Origin: Macrostomum hystrix
Taxonomy: Eukaryota; Animalia; Platyhelminthes
Direction of reading: 5' to 3'
Assembly (NCBI GenBank): GCA_950097015.1
Contig: CATNEN010000001.1
Coordinates: forward strand, 11,284,001-11,348,000
Length of the DNA: 64,000 bases
The notes beneath the pieces were generated by a model. The model had not been told where the DNA came from. It saw only the letters and a program-made list of their open reading frames with translations, and did no database searches. Shown piece by piece: positions 1 through 13,616 of the stretch. The position numbers were made by a program, and so were the translations under genes. How positions within the stretch are numbered: position 1 is the first letter of the stretch; each line of letters begins with the position of its first letter.

Positions 1-955
1 ACACCTACCTCACTCCAGCTAGCTAATTAGCCCCTCAATTCCACCACCCAGTTCACACCTACCTCACTCCAGCTAGCTAATTATAGCCCCTCAATTCCAC
101 CACCCAGTTCACACCTACCTCACTCCAGCTAGCTAATTATAGCCCCTCAATTCCACCACACAGTTCACACCTACCTCACTCCAGCTAGCTAATTATAGCC
201 CCTCAATTCCACCACCCAGTTCACACCTACCTCACTCCAGCTAGCTAACTATAGCCCCTCAATTCCACCACCCAGTTCACACCTACCTCACTCCAGCTAG
301 CTAACTATAGCCCCTCAATTCCACCACCCAGTTCACACCTACCTCACTCCAGCTAGCTAATTAGCCCCCTCAATTCCACCACACAGTTCACACCTACCTC
401 ACTCCAGCTAGCTAATTAGCCCCCTCAATTCCACCACCAAGTTCATACCTACCTCACTCCAGCTAGCTAAATAGCCCCATCAATTCCACCACCAAGTTCA
501 TACCTACCTCACTCCAGCTAGCTAAATAGCCCCCTCAATTCCACCACCAAGTTCATACCTACCTCACTCCAGCTAGCTAAATAGCCCCCTCAATTCCACC
601 ACCAAGTTCATACCTACCTCACTCCAGCTAGCTAATTAGCCCCCTCAATTCCACCACCAAGTTCATACCTACCTCACTCCAGCTAGCTAAATAGCCCCCT
701 CAATTCCACCACCAAGTTCATACCTACCTCACTCCAGCTAGCTAAATAGCCCCATCAATTCCACCACCAAGTTCATACCTACCTCACTCCAGCTAGCTAA
801 TTAGCCCCCTCAATTCCACCACCCAGTTCATACCTACCTCACTCCAGCTAGCTAATTAGCCCCCTCAATTCCACCACCCAGTTCACACCTACCTCACTCC
901 AGCTAGCTAATTATAGCCCCTCAATTCCACCACCCAGTTCACACCTTCCTCACTC
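1..955. repeat. Minisatellite, 54-56 bp unit
   Basis: ACACCTACCTCACTCCAGCTAGCTAATTAGCCCCTCAATTCCACCACCCAGTTC; runs off the window start. Confidence 0.97.
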
Positions 956-1944
956 TAATCTCATATAAATATGAAAGCCGTATATTCGGTTGTATAGTCT
1001 AGTCTATTGCTTGCTACCGTTCACAAGCTGTAAGAGAGGCCCTTATAAATATTTTCCAGCGATGAAGAACCAGTTGATGCGGAAGCCCAATTTGCAACTG
1101 GTAGATTTCGCAGAAAACACCTGCTATCGATGCCCAGTTCGCCATACTATTTTATAACTGCACCCTTGACTAAGTAAGACCTTGTCCCTATTCAAGTGCG
1201 GTTGCATGCTAATATAATTCTGGTGCCCGGAAAACAAACAATTTCTTTCCGGCTTTAATTTGTTTTACTCTTCAATCGAAATCATGGACTTTATTCATTA
1301 ACATTTTTGAGCACGCTTTTCTAACTGATAGGTAAGAGTAAATTCTAAACATCTCAACAGAAAACAAATGAGGTCACATATAAAAGCATATATTATTAGG
1401 TTTTTATTTTTGTTAGTCTAACGTCAACTTATATTATCGAGATCAAGCCTAAGTATATTCTATCGTAATTTGCTAATCATATCGGCCTGAGTTGATTCAA
1501 GCTCTCCTTATCTATTTACTTTTATTTTTATTGGCTTACGAACTGTTCCGATAAGAGCATTTAGGGGGAATGCATAGTTTAATTAATAAGCTAATAGCTA
1601 AGCTACTTATAGTAACACCGAAGGCACACAAAGAGCAAAGCGAAAACCGGATTATAAGCAAGACTCGCACATAAAAAAATAGCCAGATTTAAAAAAAAAG
1701 ATTTTAAGATTTATAAATAAACTAACGGCACTAGCTTAACTCACGATCCAGAGTATAATTTCACAACTGTGTCAACTTAATTTTGAAAATGAAATCTAGT
1801 TTAAATTAGCTTGCACAAGTCAAGTTTATTACTTTGATTCGCACTTTCGCCATCAAAGGTGAACTGGCCCTCTCCCATTATCCTAATTCACACCTTCGCC
1901 ACAACAATTAGCGATTCCCCACAGCATTAATTCGCATCCTCGCA

Positions 1945-2281
1945 TAACAATTATCAATTACCCACAACCCCAACCCTCGCGCACCAATTATCGATTCCCG
2001 CAACCCCAACCCTCGCGCACCAATTATCGATTCCTCACAACCCCAACCCTCGCCACACCAATTATCGATTCCCACAACCCCAACCCTCGCACACCAATTA
2101 TCGATTCCCCACAACCCAACCCTCGCACACCAATTGTCGATTCCCCACAACCCCAACCCTCGCACACCAATTATCGATTCCCCACAACCCCAACCCTCAC
2201 CACACCAATTGTCGATTCCCCACAACCCCAACCCTCGCACACCAATTATCGATCCCCCACAACCCCAACCCTCACCACACG
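1945..2281. repeat. Minisatellite, ~36-38 bp unit
   Basis: CAATTATCGATTCCCCACAACCCCAACCCTCGCACAC. Confidence 0.95.
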
Positions 2282-2562
2282 GCCCTTCCCAACCAAAACA
2301 GAAAGCAATTATTTATTTCTTTCAGCCAAGGCTCTACACTTTTCCTTCGCGAGAAGAAACGTCGTCCAATTTGGAGTCTGTTTGATCGGTAATTTTAATA
2401 TTAAAATATGAAAGGCAATGGATCAATGAGAGTCACTTCCTCAAAGCTAAATATAGATGTTTTTTTATTGTCAACCCCATTATAGCACTTTTTGCTTGTG
2501 TCTTTCACAAAAAACAGCTTTTTGCCAGATTGACAGAAATAATTTACCCTTTAGACACGGTC

Positions 2563-2955
2563 ATCATCACCTGTTCTGTTAGACAGAATTGATCACATGT
2601 TAGACGGAATTTATCAACTTTAGACTTGGTACATCATCACCTGTTAGACAGGGTTTATCACCTGTTAGACAGGGTTTATCACCTGTTAGACAGGGTTTAT
2701 CACCTGTTAGACAGGGTTTATCACCTGTTAGACAGGGTTTATCACCTGTTAGACAGAGTTTATCACCTGTTAGACAGGGTTTATCACATGTTAGACTGGG
2801 TTTATCACCTGTTAGACAGAGTTTATCACATGTTAGACTGGGTTTATCACCTGTTAGACAGAGTTTATCACCTGTTAGACAGGGTTTATCACCTGTTAGA
2901 CTGGGTTTATCACCTGTTAGACTGGGTTTATCACCTGTTAGACAGGGTTTATCAC
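2563..2955. repeat. Minisatellite, 21 bp unit (CCTGTTAGACAGG core)
   Basis: TCACCTGTTAGACAGGGTTTA. Confidence 0.96.
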
Positions 2956-3203
2956 TTTTCCCCAACGTGATTTAAGCATTGACCTGTTGCATGTTACAAC
3001 TAAATGAGTGATTCAATTGTGTATTTGCGGTGAAGTTAAACAAAGAAAACACTTTCAGAGCACTCAATTTGAGAATACAGAAATTTTTAATCCTGTTTTT
3101 TGATCCCCGGTCTGCGGAACAACCACGAAAAAAAACAGAAAATGTTTTAGTTATTTTTTGTCAGTTTATTTTTTTCAGTTTTGTCTGCAAGTTTTCTTGG
3201 GCA

Positions 3204-3211
3204 TGACGTCA
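3204..3211. promoter_or_regulatory. Perfect CRE palindrome upstream of Rab11-FIP ATG
   Basis: TGACGTCA about 110 bp upstream of ATG 3317. Confidence 0.35.
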
Positions 3212-3316
3212 TTTTTTAAACTAGAAGCTAATGAAAACCCCGCTTTCCTAAGCAAGCTTTATCCCATTCTGACAATCCCAAAACATAGCTGGCAGTCTCA
3301 GGCCAGTAGCAGCCGC

Positions 3317-6300
3317 ATGGGTGAAGAGGCCTACGAGGACTGGGGCTCTGTTGAGCTGGTGCCGGGCCTTCTAGTTGACACCGGATCCGTCAGCCCGCCT
3401 GGCGACTCGACATCCGCCGAATTTGACGCCACCAACGGCGCGGCGGATAAGCCGCCTCTGCCGCCGGATGCGCAGTGAGTTCATTCGAATTCGTGCGTGT
3501 CTTATCGAATGTGCGCATTATAGTCTACTTATTTCAGTAGGCGAGTAGTGTATATTATTATCTTTATTTTGAGATTTCCTAAAAAAGTAGCCTAGTAATG
3601 TTTCACCGCAGCGAATGACGGTTCGGGTTTCTAGCTCACAGGTTGGGGGTTCGTTTCCAATTTTAAAGTTCTTTCGCACTATAACCCTATAAGACACATC
3701 ATACTCGTGGCATTTAGATCAGGGCAAACTCCGGCCCGCGGGCCAGATGCGGCCCTCAAAGCTCCTAAATCCGACCCGGTGCCTCTTCAAAACACCTAAA
3801 GTTATCCTGTCTCATCTATCTCATCTGGAGATGGTGAGTCTCATCTCTCCCGTGACTCATCTCTCCCATGTCTCATGTCTCCCCTGTTTCATCTCTCCCA
3901 TGTCTCATCTCTCCGGTGTCTCATCTCTCCCCTGTCTAATCTCTCCCCTGTCTCATCTCTCCCCTGTCTCATCTCTCCCGTGTCTCATCTCTCCCCTGTC
4001 TCATCTCTCCCGTGTCTCATCTCTCCCGTGTCTCATCTCTCCCGTGTCTCATCTCTCCCGTGTCTCATGTCTCCCGTGTCTCATCTCTCCCATGTCTCAT
4101 CTCTCCCGTGTCTCATGTCTCCCCTGTCTCATCTCTCCCCTGTCTCATCTCTCCCCTGTCTCATCTCTCCCCTGTCTCATCTCTCCCCTGTCTCATCTCT
4201 CCCCTGTCTCATCTCTCCCCTGTCTCATCTCTCCTGTGTCTCATCTCTCCCGTGTCTCATCTCTCCCGTGTCTCATCTCTCCCCTGTCTCATCTCTCCCC
4301 TGTCTCATGTCTCCCGTGTCTCATCTCTCCCATGTCTCATCTCTCCCGTGTCTCATGTCTCCCGTGTCTCATGTCTCCCGAGTCTCATCTCTCCCGTGTC
4401 TCATCCCGTGTTGCCAACCCCAGATTCAGATGTACAATCTGTGATCTGGCCCGGCAGGGTTAGTTGTGATTGGTGGCAGGTGTACTGCTGTTTAGCCAGT
4501 CAGTTTCTTATTAAAACACAGGCTTGAACGAGGCAGTGAAGTGCGAGGTACCTGGCCGCGGCATCGACCCAGGTAAGCTACATTGAACAGCATGTTTTAT
4601 TTTTTTAAAAGCGATTCTAATTCCAATCAAAGCGATAAATAAATCGATTTAAATTTTCACTCATCAACAACAAACCAATGAAGGCCGGACAGTATAAAAT
4701 TGAATGTGCCGTCTCGGAGTCCGTCATTGCGTTCCCCGCATCCTTCTAGAAGAACGTAAGACGCTTAAGGCACTGGCTCACTCGGTGTTCAGTTTTCTGT
4801 AGCTAATATTCAAGTTTTTTATTTTTGCTTTTTGTTTAATTATCAGCTTTCCTTGCTGTGATACACGTAGCTAGCTGTTCTATAATATTCTAACAAAATC
4901 ATTTGCTTATATCTTCTGTTTTGCTACTCTCATCAAAGACTTACCGTTTAGTGTAGACTTTTTTGATTACCTTTTTTACCACATCAAATTTTATTTTAAT
5001 CCTAGAATAACATTCTTGTTAAATATTCCCTTAATCAGATTCTTCCCAGATATCCCCAGAATCAGATTCTTCCCAGATATCTCCAGAATCGGATTCTTCC
5101 CAGATATCCCCAGAATCAGATTTGTCCCAGATATCTCCAGAATCGGATTCTTCCCAGATATCCCCAGAATTTTTTTCTTCCCAGATATCCCCAGAATCGG
5201 ATTCTTCCCAGATATCCCCAGAATCGGATTCTTTTTCGAATATCCCCAGAATCTGATTCTTTTTCGAATATCCCCAGAATCTGATTCTTTTTCGAATATC
5301 CGCAGAGTCTGATTCTTCCCAAATATCCCCAGAATCGGATTCTTCCCGAATATCCCCAGAATCGGATTCTTCCCGAATATCCCCAGAATCTTATTCTTAC
5401 CGAATATCCCCAGAATCGGATTCTTACCGTATATCCCATCCCAAAAATATCCCCAGAATCTGATTCTTCCTAAATATCCCCTTAATTAGATTCTTCCCAA
5501 AAAGTTTTTTAGAATCAAATTCTTCCCAAATTATCCTCTAAATCAGATTCTCCCCAAAATATCCTTAATATCAGATTCTTCCAAAAAGGCTTATTCAATA
5601 AACATGCTATGCTTACTACTGTATATATAATCTAACCAGGTATTGTCAAGTTGTCAAGTGACCGGATCGGGGATTTGTGTTGGATGAGTCAGCTAGTAGA
5701 AAAGCAGTGTCCTGAGTCGATAGAATGTATTCTATAAACGCACTGCTGTACAGGCGTGTTCCTTAGCCACGCCCTAATAGCCTTTCGCGTCTCGAGAATT
5801 TCTTCTTCCATTGCCTGGGATCTCAACCAATCAGTTTTTTCTCACCCTGCGCCAACCCACACTCTGTACGCCAATTCCTTCGTCTCATTTAGACTATTAT
5901 ATAGACTCAAACTTCTCATTCGATTATTGCTATGTATTTTTGTTATAAGCAAAACACCATAGAAAAATAGCAACAAAACTTTGATCGAAATTCTTGTGGG
6001 AAATATTATTGGAAACATTATGGCTCCGTCACCAGCAGGTCATTGCAAGTGAGTTGCAGATATCGTTTTTTTAACAAACTAGGGAAGCAAAAACGTTATC
6101 TTTCTATCCAGAAATTAATTTTTAACTTATCAGATTTTTTAAATATTTTTATTTACTTAAAAACGGTAAACTTAGTTTAAACTAAATTTCTACTCATTAT
6201 CTCTGTTTGTTTAACTAAACTCAACGAGATTGTATTTCTACCAAACTAATTAACTTACTTGTCTTAAACCAAGGCGTCCAAGACAATTGACCTCTCCTTT

Positions 6301-9300
6301 GTCGTATTATGGGTAAATTTATTTCGTTTGTTATAACGGACAGTAAAAATTCTGCGGAATAAAGTTATTCATCTATGCTATTGTTGTCAATTTAATCATA
6401 CAAACAGCTAATGCTTTAATCAAACAAAAGACGATAATTAAATTGTATATAATTTTCAGTTCAAAAACTGCCGCTATGCTGCTAAATGGGTAAGATTGGA
6501 AAGTACCGGACAATCAAAAGCCAAGTTTAAGAAAATTTTATTTAAAAAATCATTACTTTATTAAACTTCGTTAACATTTGAATTCTTGGTAAAAGTTGTT
6601 TTGGTTTTAATTTGTTTTGCGTTTAGTATTTTTATTATTCAACTCTCATATAAGTTTTGTTCATTCTTAACCGCTTTTCAAAAGCTAATTTTAAAATAAA
6701 TCGTATTTTTTTACATAAAGCGTAAATGCGGGGCATTTACGAATATCACTACTAATTTAGTAGAGTAGTTTGTGCTTGACTATAATAAAATGTTATGTAT
6801 AGTGTATCAAATAACAAAAAGTATTGTGAAGCACATTAAGTTAATTAGCATTCAGCGTTTGCACTTTTATTTTAGCTTTAGTGCCATTTAGTACCTTGCA
6901 GCATACAGAAAGAATGTGTATAAGGGAAATAGTCACCAAATACAATATTTTTGCACATGACTATTTTTCAGTATATAGTGGGGTGCAATTGAAATATTTA
7001 CGAGTAGTTACATTATTATTATCATTTAACGCACGAAGCTAATATAACTAAATGCATTATAAAAATAGACCAATAAACTGGTCTAAACTGGTCTAAACTG
7101 GTCTAATAAACTGGCGCTTTTCTGCACTGTGCGATGTTTAACCTTAATATACGAGCTATAATGTCGAGTATACGGTTTGGCAGTACATTCTCTATTTCAT
7201 CGTAGTTAAAAAACTTTTAACGTTAATAAAGTAACAAAATAATTGACTAATTTATAAATCAGGACTTCTGTGAATCGGGACTTCAGTGAATCGGGACTTC
7301 GATGAATCGGGACTTCTGTGAATCGGGACTTCAATGAATCGGGACTTCAATAAATCGGGACCTCAATTAATGAATCGGGACTTCAATGAATCGGGACTTC
7401 AATGAATCGGGACCTCAATGAATCGGGACTTCAATGAATCGGGACTTTAGTCAATCGGGACCTCAATGAATCGGGACTTCAATGAATCGGGCTTTCTATG
7501 AATCGGGACTTTAGTCAATTGGGACTTCAATGAATCGGGACTTCAATGAATCTTGACTTCAATGAATCGGGACTTCAATGAATCGGGACTTCAATGAATC
7601 TTGACTTCAATGAATCGGGACTTCAATGAATTGGGACTTTAGTCAATCGGGACTTCAATGAATCGGGACTTCAATGAATCGGGACTTCAATGAATCGGGA
7701 CTTCAATGAATCGGGACTTTAGTCAATCGGGACTTCAATGAATCGGGACTTCAATGAATCGGGACTTCAATGAATCAGGACTTGAGTCAATCGGGACTTC
7801 AATGAATCGGGACTTCAATGAATCGGGACTTCAATGAATCGGGACTTCAATAAATCGGGACTTCAATGAATCGGGACTTCGATGAATCGGGACTTCTGTG
7901 AATCGGGACTTCAATAAATCGGGACTTCAATGAATCGGGACTTCAATGAATTGGGACTTCAATGAATCGGGACTTCAATGAATCGGGACTTCAATGAATC
8001 GGGACTTCAATGAATCGGGACTTCAATGAATCGGGACTTCAATGAATCGGGACTTCAATGAATTGGGACTTCAATGAATCGGGACTTCAATGAATCGGGA
8101 CTTCAATGAATCGGGACTTCAATGAATCGGGACTTCAATGAATCGGGACTTCAATGAATCGGTTTCTTAATGAAAAAAGAATAATTTTAAAGAGAAATTT
8201 TGAAAAGAATAATAATTGACATATTTGCACAATCTGTGTATTTGAGGTCTTGGCAAAATACACTATAAATGGCACGGGACAGCAGGTTGGAGTCAAATGA
8301 CTTAGAGACATTTCTAGCAGGTCTAGCTTAATGTCCAATTAGAAAAATGTCGGGGTGCAGAACATTCGTCTCGAAAACAAAACGTTTCTGTTTCTGCACC
8401 TGCGCAGAATTATTTTAGTCAAATCTTATAATTCCCCATTGAGCTGACTGTGCAGATATAAAATGTTGAACTAAAACTCGCACACAGAGAGAGCCAAGAA
8501 ACAGAGTTCAAACCTACATTCAGTGCACAATGCTATTTTATGTTTCTGTCAAACAGAAGCAAAATAAACTTTTCTTAATTGTTCATAAATGTAGAATTAC
8601 AAATCTAGCTTTTTTGCATCGATCTGTTTAGTCTACAGCGGCCTCCGTCAGCAACCCAGCTGGCGCAGCAGCTATATAATAGTACATCCAGCGGTCGCTC
8701 GAGTCCTAGAACATCCGGCGACGGCATGTTCTACGATGAAGACTTCTCAGACGCCGCCGGGATGTACACGGACGCTATGAAGGACCAGTTTAAGATACTC
8801 AACGAACGGGTGAGTTGCGCATTTTGAGTCTGAAGGCGAGAAACTTTATGGATAAGAAGTGTAGTGTAGAATGTTGCACTTTTTGTACTTCTCAAATATA
8901 TCATATCTAGTCTATTGTTCTAATATTTCTTAGCTCTCATTTATATCTCCCATCTTGTATCTCTCATCTCATATCTCTCATTTCTCATCTGTCATCTCTT
9001 TTCTGTCATTTCTCATCTCTCATCTCTCATCTTTTATTTCTCATAACTTATCTCTCTCATTTTTTGACAGATCTTTCATTTGTAATATTTTAATTCTCAT
9101 CGTTCATATTTCACTTCTTATCTTTCATCTCTCATCTCTCATCTCTCGTATCTCACACCTCTTATCTGTCGCATCTCATGTCTCACCAACAGATTGACCA
9201 GATGACAAAGAGTCAGTCCCAGTCGGACAGCCGGTACAACAAGCTCATGGAGGAGAACCAACTACTCAGGGAGCGACTCAACCGACAAGAGGACGATTAT

Positions 9301-12300
9301 AAAGATGGCGAGGCCAAGCTCAGACGAAAGATTGAAGATGACAAGTCCAGATCCAAGGCCAAGCTGAGCAAGGTCACCAAGGATAAGGAGGCTGAGATTG
9401 AAAGATTGATTGACAAGTGAGTGAAATGTTGCGATGTTGTTCGGTGGGGGTGAGTGGCATAGCGGTCTAACGCGTTTGTTTATTCTGCAGCGAGGCCACA
9501 TTTGTTTGGGGCGCAGTCGAGGAGAGAAGGATTGAGGGCTTGTCATGCAATTTACGCCCTCAAAGGCCAATCTCCAAGGCGCAGTGAGAGTGTACACTGC
9601 CTGACGATAAGAAAGTCAGCGCAGACGTACACACCCTGTGTGCGCAAAAATACACGTTGGGAGGGGAGGGTCGGATTTGCTGCCACACCCTTCCGGCCTA
9701 CCCGGCCACAGCCAATCACGCGCGCGCAAGGGGTCAGAAAAAATCCTGGCCGGACCAGGGCCCTGTAGCCCGGGCTAGCGAATCACGGACCGCCAGCTGA
9801 GAGAGAAAAAACACGGAGAGAGAAGCACTAAATGGTAAGACACAAGAACTGAACTAAATGAATTGGGATTATAGAAAAATCTGAGAAATGCAATCGTTCA
9901 TTTTCAGAACACGAGAATGCGAAGAGCTTTATTGCAGGTTAGAACAGAAAATTAGTTTTTTTATTTTCCTAAACCAAATATATTTAACAATTTATTAGGA
10001 ATTGGAAAAAGAGTCTACCTTGTGTTACTTTCTTCCGATCGGCTATGGGATTTTTGTTTCCAAAAAAGACAGCCAATTTTTTTAGGTAAGCAATAATTTG
10101 GCCAACTGATTCACTCCAGGCTACGTCAGGTCGAGGCGACCCTCTCGGAACATCGAATCGAATCCGCGAGACATCGCTCCGAAGCCGAGCGTCTACGAGC
10201 CGAGAATGCTCGCCTGGATGAGCGCGCCGAAGCTCTCGAAGCTCGACTCAATGGCAGTCGGGAAGATGCTGAAAGACAGCGAGAGAATCTCAGACGCGAG
10301 CTGGACAATGTCAAACGGGAACGCGATCAAGCTCAGGCGCTCCTAGAGGAGCTCAACCGAGAGCTGGATTCCTGGCGCACCGGCGGAGGCGGCGGCGGCG
10401 GAGGCGGCGGCGGCGGCGGTCGCGACAGGACCGCCTCAGCCACGGAGGTGTTCAACCGCTATCGCGAAGTTGAACTACTAGCCAAGCGGCTAACTCAGGA
10501 GAATAAAAGTCTGCGCGAACAACTCGAAGATGCTCAGGCTGAGCTGCTCACACGCGGGCTGGAGGAGGGTCAGGCTCTGCTGCGGCGGCATGGCGGCGGC
10601 ATGACGAGCCTCGCTGCTGAACTGGAGACCATGACCAAGGACGAGGTGAGTGCGCTGCGCCGGGTGAAGGGCTCCTAAACATAGCCCTCCTAACCTTCAA
10701 ATGTCCCTTCTAACCTTCAAATGTCCCTCCTAACCTTCAAATGTCCCTCCTAACCTTAAAATGTCCCTTCTAACCTTAAAATGTCCCTCCTAACCTTAAA
10801 ATGTCCCTCCTAACCTTAAAATGTCCCTCCTAACCTTAAAATGTCCCTCCTAACCTTCAAATGACCCTCCGAATCTTCAAATGACCCTCCGAATCTTCAA
10901 ATGACCATCCGAATCTTCAAATGACCATCGAAATCTTCAAATGACCCTTCGAATCTCCAAATGGCCCTCCAAACATTCAAATGACCATCCGAATCTTCAA
11001 ATGACCATTCGAATCTCCAAATGACCATCCGAATCTTCAAATGGCACTCCTAACCTTCAAATGACCCTCCGAATCTAAAAAGCGAAAAGTTGATGCGATT
11101 CAGTATAACAAAAAACTGCAACAGGATTCGGAAGATGCAACTGAACAACAGCCAACCAGTGCCAGATATGACCCCAAATGGTTAAACATGTCTGACACTG
11201 AAGTGAGAGTCAAGATTGTTTTAGTAAAGCCTTTATTGCACATTATTTAATATTAAAATTTCAGAAAAAATGTATTACAGTCCATACTTAAAGTAGTCCG
11301 ATTCGAAAATCTATTTTTTCCTTATATCAAATATGATTTCTTTACCTAAAGTTTAAATCTAGAATCTTAAGATTATAACTTTTGGCTATGGTTTCAAAGG
11401 CAGAAAACGATTTAATTGTAGTCTAATAATGCGTAAGGGTGTCATCAGAGGCATTGCGAGTTAAAAGAGACAGTGGGGTGTCAGGAGAGGCAGTGGGGTG
11501 TCAGTAGAGACGGTAGGGTGTCAGGAAGGACAGTGGGGTGTCAGGAGAGACAGTGGGGTGTCAGGAGAGGCAGTGGGGTGTCAGTAGAGACGTTAGGGTG
11601 TCAGGAAGGACAGTGGGGTGTCAGGAGAGGCAGTGGGTTTCAGGAGATGCAGTGGGGTGTCAGTAGAGGCAGTGGGGTGTCAGTAGAGGCAGTGGGGTGT
11701 CAGGAGAGGCAGTGGGTGTCAGGAGAGACGGTGGGGTGTCAGGAGAGACAGTGGGGTGTCAGGAGAGGCAGTGGGGTGTCAGTAGAGACGTTAGGGTGTC
11801 AGGAAGGACAGTGGGGTGTCAGGAGAGGCAGTGGGTTTCAGGAGATGCAGTGGGGTGTCAGTAGAGGCAGTGGGGTGTCAGTAGAGGCAGTGGGGTGTCA
11901 GGAGAGGCAGTGGGTGTCAGGAGAGACGGTGGGGTGTCAGGAGAGACAGTGGGGTGTCAGGAGAGGCAATGGGGCGTCAGGAGAAGCAGTGGGGTGTCAG
12001 GAGATGCAGTGGGGTGTCAGGAGAGGCAGTGGGGTGTCAGGAGGGGCAGTGGGGTGTCAGTAGAGGCAGTGGGGTGTCAGGAGAGGCAGTGGGGTGTCAG
12101 GAGGGGCAGTGGGGTGTCAGTAGAGGCAGTGGGGTGTCAGTAGAGGCAGTGGGGTGTCAGGAGAGGCAGTGGGGTGTCAGGAGAGGCAGTGGGGCGTCAG
12201 GAGAGGCAGTGGGGCGTCAGGAGAGGCAGTGGGGTGTCAGGAGAGGCAGTGGGGTGTCAGGAGAGGCAGTGGGGTGTCAGTAGAGGCAGTGGGGCGTCAG

Positions 12301-13523
12301 GAGAGGCAGTGGGGCGTCAGGAGAGGCAGTGGGGTGTCAGTAGAGGCAGTGGGGTGTCAGGAGAGGCAGTGGGGTGTCAGTAGAGGCAGTGGGGCGTCAG
12401 GAGAGGCAGTGGGGTGTCAGGAGAGGCAGTGGGGTGTCAGTAGAGGCAGTGGGGTGTCAGGAGATGCAGTGGGGTGTCAGTAGAGGCAGTGGGGTGTCAG
12501 TAGAGGCAGTGGGGTGTCAGTAGAGGCAGTGGGGTGTCAGGAGTGGTTAAATTCCTATCTCCTTGTCTTGGCGCACTTTTTTATCTCAGCTAATTTGCTT
12601 TTTCGCAAACCAAATCACGCCACATTTTGTGATTCCTTTCAAATCAGTTTTTTACACACCGCATTTTCGGTCGAGGTTACAAAAGTTTTCATTGCATCAC
12701 ATTTCGCAATTTTTGTTTTATCGGTTGCATAATTGTGCGCAGTATTCGAATACAATGTCAAAGAAATTCCAGTAGTTTTATTCTACGATTCTCAGTAATC
12801 TGCATGCTTTTCACGACTACATTCAACTTGGGTACATTAAAGATAATTTATTATTACTCGTGATCGATAAAGGGTTGGCACAAAATTATAACAAAATTTA
12901 TCTAGTAACTCTCACCAGTCTTACAGGTAATTCTCTATAGCCTGTCTAACAGGTAATTCTCTATAGCCTGTCTAACAGGTAATTCTCTGTAGCCTGTCTA
13001 ACAGGTAATTCTCTGTAGCCTGTCTAACAGGTAATTCTCTGTGGCCTGTCTAACAGGTAGTTCTCTGTAGCCTGTCTAACAGGTAATTCTCTGTAGCCTG
13101 TCTAACAGGTAATTCTCTGTAGCCTGTCTAACAGGTAATTCTCTGTAGCCTGTCTAACAGGTAATTCTCTGTAGCCTGTCTAACAGGTAATTCTCTCTAG
13201 CCAATCTAACAGGCAAACCTAGTTAACATGTTAAATATGAAGAAGTACGAGCTACAATTAGACTATTCTTGAGATTAAAAGTTTACAAAAGAAATTACTT
13301 TGATAAATGATTTTAATAATTCTACGAAGTATGTACTTTTTTAATCCAGGTACAACATTTCTTAGTAAATGTTATTCTCCCCACAAAATTTTCACCCCAG
13401 CTCATGGATCTGCTTGTTCGCGAAAAGGACGGCAGCGAGAAATTAAGGAACTATATTGATAGGATTCTGCTGCGAATTATGGAAAAACAGCCCGAGCTGC
13501 TCGAGGTTGGCCTGCTAGCCTAA
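3317..13523 (+). CDS. Rab11 family-interacting protein, class II (FIP3/FIP4/Nuf-like), 5 coding exons, ~402 aa
   Basis: Exons 3317-3474, 8632-8809, 9193-9416, 10120-10645, 13401-13523, all GT-AG with matching phases (1209 nt). Long coiled coil, SLAAELETMTKDE, and C-terminal FIP-RBD LRNYIDRILLRIMEKQPELLEV. The start codon is uncertain and upstream exons may exist. Confidence 0.85.
3720..3780 (+). mobile_element. hAT (Charlie/MER58-like) terminal remnant
   Basis: CAGGGCAAACTCCGGCCCGCGGGCCAGATGCGGCCC resembles the GCAAACTACGGCCCGCGGGCC...CGGCCC end of non-autonomous hAT elements. Confidence 0.55.
3808..4411. repeat. Minisatellite, 16 bp unit
   Basis: TGTCTCATCTCTCCC(C/G); same family inverted at 29164-29660. 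Confidence 0.96.
5034..5582. repeat. Minisatellite, 27 bp unit
   Basis: CGGATTCTTCCCAGATATCCCCAGAAT. Confidence 0.94.
7254..8162. repeat. Minisatellite, 16 bp unit
   Basis: GAATCGGGACTTCAAT. Confidence 0.97.
9446..9645 (+). mobile_element. SINE family A, 3'-truncated copy with B-box deletion
   Basis: gagtggcatagcgg...gaggccacatttgtttggggcgcag...ctgcctgacgataagaaagtcag matches the family body. Confidence 0.8.
10686..11076. repeat. Minisatellite, 20 bp unit
   Basis: ATGTCCCTCCTAACCTTCAA grading into ATGACCCTCCGAATCTTCAA. Confidence 0.95.
11465..12543. repeat. G-rich minisatellite, 20 bp unit
   Basis: GAGAGGCAGTGGGGTGTCAG. Confidence 0.97.
12917..13213. repeat. Minisatellite, 26 bp unit (CCTGTCTAACAGG core)
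   Basis: CCTGTCTAACAGGTAATTCTCTGTAG. Confidence 0.96.
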
Positions 13524-13616
13524 GATAAGATGTTCGAATTTTTCTTCTTAAGTTTGTTTTTTTTCTAATCAGAAGCTTAGAAAACAGGTGGCGTCATTGT
13601 GATAAAGTTTGGCAAC

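Noticed and set aside
3606-3660. tRNA/SINE head (GGTTCGTTTCC B-box-like)
   Set aside because: No convincing A box, cloverleaf or SINE body.
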